From Octopus sinensis (taxonomy: Eukaryota), in contig NC_043001.1 in assembly GCF_006345805.1 (NCBI RefSeq), positions 109,120,001-109,184,000 on the forward strand: a stretch of 64,000 nucleotides of DNA. The letters run 5' to 3'. The position numbers were made by a program, and so were the translations under genes. A model generated the notes under the pieces. The model made no database searches. It was not told the DNA's origin and saw only the letters and a program-made list of their open reading frames with translations. This document shows positions 13,392 through 24,600 of this stretch, one piece after another; position 1 is the first letter of the stretch, and every line of letters starts with the position of its first letter.

Positions 13392-13630
13392 TTTAATATT
13401 CTCCCAAAGAGTCTGAGGAACTTGCACAAAGTAGATGTAGGGGTTTTTAACTCAAAGCTGGACCTCTTCCTTTCGATAGTCCCAGATGAACCTACCTCAC
13501 GGCAAGAGGTGCAAATGAGGGTAGCTATACCAAACTCCATTCTTCACCAAGTGCCACATATTAGAGGAGGCGCTTAGTAATAACAGTATAGCAAAACGGC
13601 GGTGCATCAGCATGGCCGCAGCTCTGAAAA
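13392..13630 (+). mobile_element. CR1/L2-group LINE 3' end
   Basis: Manual translation FNILPKSLRNLHKVDVGVFNSKLDLFLSIVPDEPTSRQEVQMRVAIPNSILHQ resembles the C-terminus (N.LP...FK.KLD.FL..VPDEP..NS) of CR1-like ORF2; tail ggcggtgcatcagcatggccgcag. Confidence 0.75.
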
Positions 13631-14759
13631 TTTATACATGCACGCACAAACACACATATATTCTATAAGTTTCTGTACATTTCCTGTTTAGCACTGACAA
13701 AGAACTGTGCGGCCCGGGGCTATAGTGGAAGTAACTACAAAGCTATGTCTGCGCAAATGCACATGCATATTTGGAAACATCTAAATAGCATAACGCACAG
13801 CGCTGCTGATTACTTCTCATTTCTTATTTACTAAATCGTCTCTTCACAGTTCTGTGTACGAATATCTAATTAGAGTAATGATATTACTGCATCGGTACAT
13901 TGATTATTTGTGCCAAAGAGGGCATATATTTATGTGCTTTAGAGAAGGGCTTTAGTTATGTTTCTATTTATCCAATAATTGTTGTTAATGAATAATTGTC
14001 ACGTTTCATACGAATATTTCTACTCAAGTTAGTTTTGCAGAGAAAGACAAGCAAGCGTATGACCATTTCCTGCATATGGTACGCAGAAAGGGTCATAAGT
14101 CTGTGGGCAATGAAACGCCTGTTGGAGTGTTTGGTTGGTCAACTTAATAATGAGTAATAGAAATTAACCTGAAAGGTAATTAGCAATGTTAAGACATTAG
14201 AATTATCTAATAATTCTGGTTTGACATATATGCCGGTACAGCCAATTGAAACATCAATAATCTTAGAATTCAGCCTTCAAAATCACGGAAATCATTAAAC
14301 CGAAAGAAAATAACCCGCTTCCGTTTCCTACAATTCTCAGAACACAACATCACTTCCAATATAACAACTATTTACTTCCACTAATCGCCAACGAATCATA
14401 TCGCGACAGCTTGAGATCAAAACGCATCGATCAAAACATAATTGAATCCCTTAAATCCATATCAGTTATCACGCCATAAAAGTAATTGTCAGCAAGATAC
14501 TTTCAATGATCGTTATATTTGTATTCATTTACATAGTCACGAAAACACTAACAGATATGTGTTTGTTTAATAGCGCTACTCGGAGATAGTTATAATACGG
14601 AATGTATTACATATCCTTCCTACGCTAACCAAACACAGCAATAGGAAATACGATCGGCTTCAAAAGAGTAAATTGCTTAACGACTTCCTTTTACTTTTCC
14701 TCAACGAAATATACATAAAACGTAGTGCGCTCATTAATTAACCGAATGTATGTATGTAC

Positions 14760-14790
<31 letters not shown>

Positions 14791-15039
14791 TGTATTGTAT
14801 GTATGTATGTATGTATGTATGTATGTATGTATGAATGTATGTATTTATTTATTTATTTATGTTTGTATGTGTGTATGTATGTTTGTGAAGAGTAGACAGA
14901 CAGCCGACAACTGATGACGGGTCGATCTTTGTGTTACTTGTCCTGTTTTCCATTTGTTTCTCTCGTTGTTTGCGTATTGAACTTATTTGTTTTCGTATCT
15001 CATGTTGTTCACTGTTGGTGACGTCCTGTACCCATATGT

Positions 15040-15082
<43 letters not shown>

Positions 15083-15129
15083 TATATATGCATGGAGTAC
15101 ATACAGAAAAGATACGCAATAATATCATT

Positions 15130-15385
15130 CATGCGTGGGTCGTTCTCAGTGCGGAATGAGGAGCTCCCCGTGCCCGTGGCACGTAAAAAGCAACATCCGA
15201 ACGTGGTCGATGCCAGTTTCCCCAACCCAACTGGCTCTTGTGCTAGTAGCACATAAAACCTCCGTCCGAATGTGACCGATTCCAGTTCCACCTGACTAGC
15301 TTCCGTGCCGGTGGCACGTAAAAAAACACCCACCACACTCCCAGAGTGGTTGGCATAATGAAGGGCGTCCAGCTGTAGACCGATT
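15130..15385 (+). mobile_element. Interspersed repeat with tandem gtgccggtggcacgtaaaaa units, probably RTE-associated
   Basis: Units at ~15170 and ~15305; ends gagtggttggcataatgaagggcgtccagctgtag, resembling RTE-linked repeats (from memory, unverified). Confidence 0.5.
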
Positions 15386-15493
15386 CTTTCTCTATTGGCA
15401 AGAAACCCTTGTGTGTTGTATAAACTTACATAAACTTAGATATGTTTCGACCAAAGATTGGTCCAGGCCATGTCTAACTTAATAGCACCACCA

Positions 15494-15527
<34 letters not shown>

Positions 15528-15528
15528 C

Positions 15529-15568
<40 letters not shown>

Positions 15569-15569
15569 C

Positions 15570-16200
15570 AAAAAGCAATAAGATTCAAGTTAATTTAAAT
15601 GATTTACTTGAATATGGTACCTAACTTAGATGCACCAAAAAAAACTATACTGTTTTAACAATACAGTAATGTGGGGTGATTATAAGCGAGAAAGAAGCAA
15701 CAAGAATGGATATGTTTTTAGTACAATCGTTTCATACAAGGACAGGCTTTATTAAATGTTGCAAAGATTACAGCATATAAACGTGTCCCGTACTCATCAG
15801 CTAAAATACATGTGAGTTCTCTAGACGTCCTAGTGGTTGGGCTATACTCATGAAGTAATGTAGATAATTAAGTAACATAAAACAGATTTCCAAGTTCATT
15901 AAAGTTCTTTAAATGATGTACAGTCTTATCACAGAATTTAAAAAAAGTTTTAATAGCATCACAGAGAAGGTGACCTAATCCATAGTGCACATATGAATTT
16001 CCAGAGATATGAGGAGGGATTACATACTCACAGACGACAAATTTATCCATTGTTAATCACAACGAGGTGGGTCTCAATTCCTGCTTATTAGCATTACAGA
16101 GAGGGTGAATTAATCCTTTGTATAGATGCACAATTTCCAATGGTGTAGATGTAAATTTCCAGAGAAATGAAGTGGAATTTCATATTTCATATTCGTGTAT
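15570..16200 (-). mobile_element. PLE pLTR-type remnant between (TA)n tracts
   Basis: Carries a decayed type-I HHR at 15712-15812; bounded by (TA)n on both sides. Confidence 0.55.
15712..15812 (-). ncRNA. Type-I hammerhead ribozyme motif (decayed, long stem II loop)
   Basis: catgtattttag-CUGAUGA-gtacgggaca...tgtccttgtat-GAAA-C-gatt-G-UA-ctaaaaacat. Confidence 0.7.
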
Positions 16201-16257
16201 ATATATATATATATATCTGTGTGTGTGTGTGTATATATATCTATATATCTCTCTCTT

Positions 16258-16289
<32 letters not shown>

Positions 16290-16293
16290 ATAT

Positions 16294-16332
<39 letters not shown>

Positions 16333-16365
16333 TAAGAAAGTTTGTTTGGTAAAGCACGTGGGTGA

Positions 16366-17629
16366 ATATATAAGAAAATAGTAAAGTGTGAAAAAACGAC
16401 AGAAGGCTTAAATGTTAAAAAATATATATATTTGTGTCAAAATGTCTGGAGAATATTGGAAAAAATTTTTTTTCCTTTCCTTAAAATGACATAATTTAAA
16501 AAATTTTTAAAGAAATTACCGGTTTCGCGTGTAGCTTTTCAAATTTCTTGTGACGTTATGTTTATATTGCATGGAATTATCGTTGTTTTTATTTCCAGGA
16601 GATTTCTAAATAAGGGGAGGTAGTGAGTGATTTTTTCCGGTGTAGAGGAGATAATCGCTTAAATTTTTTTTTTCCTTTTCCTTGTTAATTTCTCTGTGTC
16701 AGTATTTTCGGATGGTTGAGTCTGGGTTTGTACTTTTCAATGAAGAATGTTTCCTTGTTCAGTCTCATTTGTGTTGATGATCCGAAAGCACATTGGTAAA
16801 ATGGGAAGATTAAAAATTGTGGCAGTAGTTGCTTTGCGCATTTCTCAATGTGCTCACTAAAAGGTATCATTCTATATTCTGGGAATGCAATCTGTTGTCG
16901 ATGCAGTGTGCATCTGCGCCTGAGTGATAGTCCCGTGGAACCCACGTAGTCTTGGTGGCAGCCCGAGCATTTAATAACATAAATTATGTTTTCAGAGGCA
17001 CAAGTAAAGTTAGATTTGATCTTAAATTTCTGTCCCTCTTTAAAGAAGAATTCTGATCCTTCCAATAGTTAGGACATGTTGCACAGTTCGATCTACCACA
17101 TTTTTTTACTTTTGCATCCGTAATTTTAGAAGACAATTTTGCCTTTGTGAGAATCTTTTTAAGTGATTTAGGCTGTTTGTAGCTTTTAATGATTTGGTGT
17201 ATGTTTAGAATTTCCTTTAATTTTGGGTTTTTATGAAGTATTAGTAAATTCTGGGTGATGATGGTGAAGGCTTCTTTGTTTCTTTTTCTGGGTTGTATGT
17301 AGATATGTAAGGTAGTATTTTCGGGGAAGGTGTGTTGTTGTGTTGAACTTTTCTTAAAGTTTCTATGTTGATTTCTGTTGCACGTCTGATCCCATCCTCT
17401 ATGAGTTGAGCTGGGTAATGTCTGTCAATTAGGGTGTTTTTGAGTTCTTGCAGTCTAAAGTTCCTGGTATTTTGTTCTGACACTATTGTGCATATCCTTC
17501 TTGCAAGGTTGAAGGGGATGTTTGTTTTAGTGTGTCTTGGGTGGCATGAATTAAAAAGAAGGTATTGTTTGGCGTCTGTGGCTTTGTAAAAAATGTCTGT
17601 TTCTATTTTAAGGTTAATTTTTTTTTTTT
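16366..17629 (-). mobile_element. Penelope-like element, inverted (left) arm: RT thumb + GIY-YIG endonuclease + pLTR
   Basis: ORFs 17241-17693 (YKATDAKQYLLFNSCHPRHTKTNIPFNLARRICTIVS) and 16685-17065 (FTCASENIIYVIKCSGCHQDYVGSTG..LRRRCTLH..ETFFIEKYKPRLN); reverse complement of 17905-19151. Confidence 0.95.
16510..16549 (-). ncRNA. Minimal hammerhead ribozyme, U3:A8 variant (left-arm copy)
   Basis: Reverse complement identical to 18969-19008. Confidence 0.65.
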
Positions 17630-17683
17630 GATACATGGAATACATGGGATACATGGAATACATGGGATACATGGGATACATGG
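17630..17683 (+). repeat. 6 x 9-nt tandem repeat (G/A)ATACATGG at the PLE inversion junction
   Basis: gatacatgg aatacatgg gatacatgg aatacatgg gatacatgg gatacatgg, running into in-frame RT sequence (MGYMEIIIYQ). Confidence 0.95.
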
Positions 17684-19151
17684 AAATAATCATTTACCAG
17701 GAATCTCTATCAATCTTTGGAAACTCCCTCTCTCAATACATAAAAGAGAATTGGAAACGATTCCTAGACGATTGTTTCATTCTCTGGAATGAAAACATAG
17801 ATAAACTCCTAAAATTTAAAAACCTATTGAACAGCATAAACCCAAATATACAGTTCACAATGGAATACAACCAAAAGGAGCTCCCGTTCTTGGATATACT
17901 AATTAAAAAAATTAACCTTAAAATAAAAGCACATTTTTTACAAAGCCACAGACGCCAAACAATACCTTCTTTTTAATTCATGCCACCCAAGACACACTAA
18001 AACAAACATCCCCTTCAACCTTGCAAGAAGGATATGCACAATAGTGTCAGAACAAAATACCAGGAACTTTAGACTGCAAGAACTCAAAAACACCCTAATT
18101 GACAGACATTACCCAGCTCAACTCATAGAGGATGGGATCAGACGTGCAACATAAATCAACATAGAAACTTTAAGAAAATTCACACAACAACACACACCTT
18201 CCCCCCGAAAATACTACCTTACATATCTACATACACCCCAGAAACAAAGAAGCTTTCACCATCATCACCCAGAATTTACCAATACTTCATAAAACCCAAA
18301 ATAAAGGAAATTCTAAACATACACCAAATCATTAAAACTACAAACAGCCTAAATCACTTAAAAAGATTCTCACAAAGGCAAAATTGTCTTCTAAAATTAC
18401 GGATGCAAAAGTAAAAAAATGTGGTAGATCGAACTGTGCAACATGTCCTAACCTATTGGAAGGATCAGAATTCTTCTTTAAAGAGGGACAGAAATTAAGA
18501 TCAAATCTAACTTTACTTGTGCCTCTGAAAACATAATTTATGTTATTAAATGCTCGGGCTGCCACCAAGACTACGTGGGTTCCACGGGACTATCACTCAG
18601 GCGCAGATGCACACTGCATCGACAACAGATTGCATTCCCAGAATATAGAATGATACCTTTTAGTGAGCACATTGAGAAATGCGCAAAGCAACTACTGCCA
18701 CAATTTTTAATCTTCCCATTTAACCAATGTGCTTTCGGATCATCAACACAAATGAGACTGAACAAGGAAACATTCTTCATTGAAAAGTACAAACCCCCAA
18801 CTCAACCATCCGAACATACTGACACAGAGAATTAACAAGAAAAGGGAAAAAAAATTTTTAAGCGATTATCTCCCCTACACCGAAAAAATCACTCACTACC
18901 TCCCCTTTTTAGAAATCTCCTGGAAATAAAAACAACGATAATTCCATGCAATATAAACATAACGTCACAAGAAATTTGAAAAGCTACACGCGAAACCGGT
19001 AATTTCTTTAAAAATTTTTAAAATTATGTCATTTTAAGGAAGGAAAAAAAAATTTTTTCCAATATTCTCCAGACATTTTGACACAAATATATATATTTTT
19101 TAACATTTAAGCCTTCTGTCGTTTTTTCACACTTTACTATTTTCTTATATA
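17684..19151 (+). mobile_element. Penelope-like element, direct (right) arm, 5'-truncated: RT C-terminal half (FLDD), thumb, CX4CX2C linker, GIY-YIG, pLTR
   Basis: WKRFLDDCFILW..INPNIQFTMEYNQKELPFLDILI; linker CGRSNCATCP; IYVIKCSGC..YVG; several 1-bp frameshifts; ends in (TA)n. The Cys linker suggests the Neptune/Naiad group. Confidence 0.95.
18969..19008 (+). ncRNA. Minimal hammerhead ribozyme, U3:A8 variant (right-arm copy)
   Basis: aagaaat-UUGAAAA-GC-tacac-GC-GAAA-CCGG-UA-atttctt: 7-bp stem I, palindromic ACCGGU stem III. Confidence 0.65.
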
Positions 19152-20004
19152 TATATATATATATACAGTAAATATGTTTAGCATGTCTATTGTTATGAAA
19201 CGCTGAAATTCCATTCTGCCGCTGCTAGGATTTTCACGCCTGGAGATGATCTTTGGTGTAAAATATTACTGCCAAATGTAATATCAATAACAAAAGATAT
19301 CCTTGAACTCTAACTGAACGTGTTGGTTGCAATAGAATGCAGAATACTGCATTATTTATCTCGAGAGAATCTCATGCTGCATAAAACCACACGAAATTAT
19401 ATTGTTGCTAGATAAGAATCGTCAGCTGCGACCGCTAGAACTGCCAGGTTATGTGATTTCAACCAGCTGTCGGTGTATTTCAGCTCCTGCTGCCTAACGC
19501 AAGGAAGGGCCTCTTTGAAGAATTTGCATTGAATAAGGCCTTTATACAGGTCAAATATGTCCCAGTTTATTTTGTCTCTTTGTCCTCTCTCCCGGCGCGA
19601 TATGAGCATTTAAGGTGGCTTCAGGGTTAGGGTTTTAACTGCTATTTCAGCATGGTGGTATCCCTCAGATACCCTAATATATAGCTTTAAATAATTATTA
19701 CCTTTGTATGATCAACATGTTTCTTTAGGATAGTATAAATAGAAGTGTTATGGATGCAGGATATCAGCATACAAACGTTTGGCCGGCAATAACTTTGAGG
19801 GTTTGATAAAACGTGTTCCTGTAACAAGCATTTTATGCTTTAAGATGATCAACACAATCATTACTGTTACCCCAACAAACGGACGAGTTTATATCTGAAA
19901 GGAACCAAATACTTGTAAAAGGATGTATTAAAACATTATTGAAATTTTGTAAGACGATGAATCAGATGTGTACTGGGCAGTACGCACGTCATGATGGGTG
20001 ATCT

Positions 20005-20185
20005 GGCGGAATAATTAGTACGCCGGAAAAAATGCTTAGCGGCATTTCGTCCGTCTTTAAGTATTGAATTCAAATTTCACCAAGGTGGATTTTGCCTTTC
20101 ATCCTTTCGGCTTCGATCAAATAACTATATGTTGACCACTGGGGTCGACTTAATCGACTTACCACTCACACAGAATAGCTGGCCT
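20005..20185 (+). mobile_element. SINE family A
   Basis: gcttagcggcatttcgtcc...ttcaaatttcaccaaggtggattttgcctttcatcc. Confidence 0.8.
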
Positions 20186-20206
20186 CAGCCTCAAACTGAT
20201 ACATAA

Positions 20207-20386
20207 GGCGCAGGAGTGGCTGTGTGGTATGGTAAGAAGGTTCCTTACAAACCACATGGTTCCGGGTTCAGTCTCACTGCGTGAGACCTTGGGTAAGTGT
20301 GTACTACTATAGCCTCGCTCCGACCAAAGCTCTGTGAGTGGATTAGGCAGAGAGAAACTGAAAGAAGCCCGTCGTGTATATATATA

Positions 20387-20440
<54 letters not shown>

Positions 20441-20595
20441 TATATAGATATGTATTTGTGTGTGTGTGTGTGAGTGTGTGGTATGTAGCTTGGTTACCAA
20501 TCACATGATTCCGGGTTCAGACAAACTGCGTGGCACCTTGGGCAGACCAAACCTTGTGAGTGGATTTGGTAGACGAAACTGAAAGAAGACCGTCG

Positions 20596-20651
<56 letters not shown>

Positions 20652-20862
20652 GTGTGTTTGTGTGTCTGTGTTTGTCCCCCGAACATCGCTTGACAACCGA
20701 TGCTGGTGTGTTTACGTCCCTGTAACCTAGCGGCTCGGCAAAATTGTCCGATAGAATAAGTAGTAGGCCTGCAAAGAATAAGTCCTGGGGTCGATTTGCT
20801 CAACTAAAGGCGGTGATCCAGCATGACCGCTACCAAATGACTGAAACAAATAAAATGATAAA
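20207..20862 (+). mobile_element. Two adjacent SINE family B copies separated by (TA)n (20207-20375 5' half; 20480-20862)
   Basis: ggcgcaggagtggctgtgtggt...ggttccgggttcagtc; second copy ends ggcggtgatccagcatgaccgc..gactgaaac. Confidence 0.85.
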
Positions 20863-21049
20863 AGAATATGAGAAACATAGCCAATGTTGTTTTAGATAAC
20901 CTCAAGTCTGTATGCATACAAGCAGAGAAAAATAATTGCAGAAAGAGATATATAAGTATTAATAATATTTAGAATAAAAATTATGGTTATGACGATAACG
21001 ACGACGATAATAATAATTAGGATCCGCTGCTGCTGAAGGACATGAAGTT

Positions 21050-21092
21050 AGTAGTAGTAGTAGTAGTAATAATAATAATAATAATAATAATA

Positions 21093-21125
<33 letters not shown>

Positions 21126-21150
21126 CAATAATAATAATATTAATAATAAT

Positions 21151-21181
<31 letters not shown>

Positions 21182-21394
21182 ATAATGACAATAATAATAA
21201 TATTAATAATAATATTATTAATAATAATAATAATAATAATAACAATTATAATAATCATAATAAGAACAACAACAACAATAATAATAACAACAATAATAAT
21301 AATAATAATAATAATGATGATAATAATAATAATAATAAGAAGAAGAACAACAACAACAATAATAATAATATTAATAATAATAATAATAATAATG

Positions 21395-21449
<55 letters not shown>

Positions 21450-21450
21450 T
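21050..21450. repeat. (AAT)n microsatellite, interrupted
   Basis: Direct inspection. Confidence 0.95.
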
Positions 21451-21862
21451 AGTCTTGTACAACAATTCCCTATAACAATGTGTAATGTAAAATTTGACGT
21501 TTAGCTATTGATATTGTGCACGAAATCACTGGTAACTATTTAATTAGAGAATATTGAAATAGGTTCATTCTTTTGTGATATTAATTAAATTTATGCCATC
21601 TCTAATAAGCCAGTAGCTTTGATTCTCAATGAAACTTAACATGAAAATAATGCGGACGAAGATTAATATGAATACATATGTACACAAACACAAACAAACG
21701 CACACACACACACACACACCCACGCGCAGGTGTTAGATATGCATATATGTATATATACACACGCACATATGCGTGTGTGTGTATCTATATGTGAATCAAT
21801 ACCTGTCTATCCTTCTCTATGTATATGTATGCATGTATGCATGTTGCATCTATGTATATATA

Positions 21863-21917
<55 letters not shown>

Positions 21918-23385
21918 CATGTATACATGTATATATATATATAAACATATATATATGCATGTATACATGTATCAACACACACACATACTCACATATGTAT
22001 ATATATGCATATATTTTTGTATATATATATATATATTTGTGTGTATTATATATATTATATATATATATATATATATATTTGTATTTATATATATGTATAA
22101 ATATATATATATATATGTTATATACATATATATATATACATATATATATATATACATACATATATGGTTTAACCTCGAAATAAATTGGATCACTGGAGTT
22201 TATTATTTTCATAACGCCTCACAATGACAATGTATTCTTATTAAAGATTCATTTACCTAAATATTTTATAAAAATCATAAATAAACAAAACAGACTATTT
22301 TTAAATTAGTAATTCATGCTTCGCTATAAGCGTTTTCTAGAAACCGTCATAATTTTCTTCGAGGTAGACCCATGATGCTAATTTATATTATATCACCTCT
22401 TTGAGAAAACGGAGAAAAGTTAGCTGTAATTGATTAAACATTTTTCATGTCTCATGTTCACTATTAATATCAATGTCAAAATGCAAGGATGAAGCAGTCG
22501 ATTTTTGTTGTGTACCTGGCAGCGTGTCTAAGTTTAGTGCTAGTTGTGTGATAGTATAATAATTGATTTAACTTGAAGAAGATAATAAAAGGTGTTTGTT
22601 AAAGATGGGTATAGGAATAATTTGTATTTACTTATACGTGTGGGAAAAATATAACACATATATAAATGCTACCGGATTGCAATTTTGTCTCCATTTGGCG
22701 CAATCTGGAAACATTCAAACGCTAGTTTGACCTGGTGTATATAGGCTGATGACCGAAAGTATTGAATAATATTGTACACCATCTTAGCTACCAAAAATAC
22801 AAACACCATCTGATTTTTAAGATGGACAGATACAATAGATAATTATAAAGTCATTAATACTTTCGCAAAATTGCTAGGTTTACGTAGGAAATATCTTAGA
22901 TCAGGGATTCAGCTAAAAACGTACAAGAGTAATGTCTCTTCCGAGTGGTTTCAGTAACTTCGAAAGAATTCGTGGCTTCCCAAAACTGACCACTCAAATG
23001 TGTCCTATTAATCTATTTGATTATTTACATTGTGGCGAAGAAGATTGTTCGTCTTTTACGTCACAGTGAACTTATTAACGTACGAATAGTTAGTAGTAAT
23101 TCGATGCCTGTATTTGGTGATACAAATTAGAGTACCAAATCACAACCTATTATTATCGATGTAACTTTTAAATATATTCTCCATAACACACAGATCGCCT
23201 TTCGTACTCACGCATATCTACAGAACAGGCAACAAGCAACAAAGAAAATTACTTGACTCCGGCATGATGCATCCTGATGGCGTTCCTAGTAGAAGCATAA
23301 GCATAAGCAAACCGTCTGAAATCTAATTCTATAGCCATTAATTATAAGAATTCCAGCCCTTTGTCCACATCCTTCATTGTTTCAG

Positions 23386-23452
23386 ACCTCATGTGGGTGG
23401 TTTGTTATGCTTTTTTGTTAGCGCTTTTCTCCTGGTTATGTCACAAGCTTTG
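23386..23452 (+). CDS. Candidate small exon encoding a hydrophobic (TM-like) segment
   Basis: ttcattgtttcag| ... |gtatag; reads DLMWVVCYAFLLALFSWLCHKL; no homology recognised. Confidence 0.25.
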
Positions 23453-23720
23453 GTATAGTTTTCACATTCTTAATTGCACTTTCGACCATTACTTTATCAT
23501 GATGCAACGAATTCATTGTTACTTTGTTTACAAAAGTATATTTTACATTGAAACGAAGAAACAGATAAAAGGAAGGACATTTCACTTCGTTTTACATTGT
23601 ACCGATGAGCATGTTTATAGCTTACAGCCGTTTTGTTCACGAATATCTACACCGAATGTTAGAGACGGACGTAAGTTGGCACACGAGAGATATTTCTACA
23701 GTAGTAAATTCTATTCACAG

Positions 23721-23785
23721 TGATATGACATTCGAATGCTTTAAAGAGGTCAGAAAGATTTCCAGGAACCATCATGAAAATTCAG
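23721..23785 (+). CDS. Candidate small exon
   Basis: ttctattcacag| ... CAG|gtaaat; phase-compatible with 23386-23452 (C-DMTFECFKEVRKISRNHHENS); no homology recognised. Confidence 0.25.
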
Positions 23786-23866
23786 GTAAATGATATATCT
23801 GAAGACTCTGGATACAGTTTGTGCTGTATCATTCTAATCAATCATTCAGTATGTTGTTCAATATAC

Positions 23867-23934
<68 letters not shown>

Positions 23935-23942
<8 letters not shown>

Positions 23943-24140
23943 AATCCAAACAAGAAAGCACAAAAAAAACAAAACACGCGAGGATGTGGAACAAATATAG
24001 TATTATTGGACGCTCAGGAAAGAAGGAGGTTTAACGTTTCGAGCGGAGCTCTTCGGTCGAACATAGGTAGAAGGAAAGATCCAGAGAAGGGAAGACAGAG
24101 GAAAAAATTGCCAACGGTACACACGAGGTCACATTTTGAA
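23935..24140 (-). mobile_element. PLE pLTR-type short repeat (gaagagctccgctcgaaacgtt family), HHR core decayed
   Basis: Homologous to 27968-28172 and 50150-50372; abuts (TA)n. Confidence 0.7.
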
Positions 24141-24199
24141 TTATCTATATATATATTATATCTATATATAATATATATATATATTAATATATATATATA

Positions 24200-24600
24200 T
24201 CTTTTACTCTTTTACCTTTTTCAGTCGTTTGACTGTGGCCATTCTGGAGCATCGCCTTTAGTCGAGCAAATCGACCCCAGTACTTATTCTTTGTAAGCTT
24301 AGTACTTATTCTATCGGTCTCTTTTGCCGAACCGCTAAGTTACGGGGTCGCAAACACACCACCATCGGTTGTCAAGCGATGTTGGGGGACAAACACAGAC
24401 ACACAAACACACACATACACACATATATATACATATATACAACGGGCTTCTGTTCAGTTTCCGTCTACCAAATCCACTCATAAGGCTTTGGTCGGCCCGA
24501 GGCTATAGTAGAAGGCACTTGCCCAAGGTGCCACGCAGTGGGACTGAACCCGGAATCATGTGGTTGGTAAGGAAGCTTCTTACCACACAGCCACTGCTTA
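24200..24600 (-). mobile_element. SINE family B, full-length
   Basis: Reverse complement of the family B consensus with internal (TG)/(TA) tract. Confidence 0.9.

Noticed and set aside
17630-17683. CRISPR-like or telomeric array
   Set aside because: Spacer-less 9-mers derived from RT coding sequence in a eukaryotic context
18400-18600. Selenocysteine recoding as reported for some Naiad PLEs
   Set aside because: The linker and GIY-YIG cysteines are TGT/TGC; no in-frame TGA at those positions
16366-19151. Arm-to-arm differences as evidence of directed mutation or editing
   Set aside because: Most are 1-bp homopolymer indels, which are typical of long-read consensus error
19400-19620. Candidate exons (DKNRQLRPLELP; LLLPNARKGLFEEFALNKAFIQ)
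   Set aside because: Several alternative frames and weak donors; none can be preferred without expression data
19618-19635. TTAGGG telomere-like motif
   Set aside because: Only about 1.5 units, expected by chance
22746-22758. CTGATGA-CC-GAAA hammerhead-like core
   Set aside because: No stem II or stem I pairing
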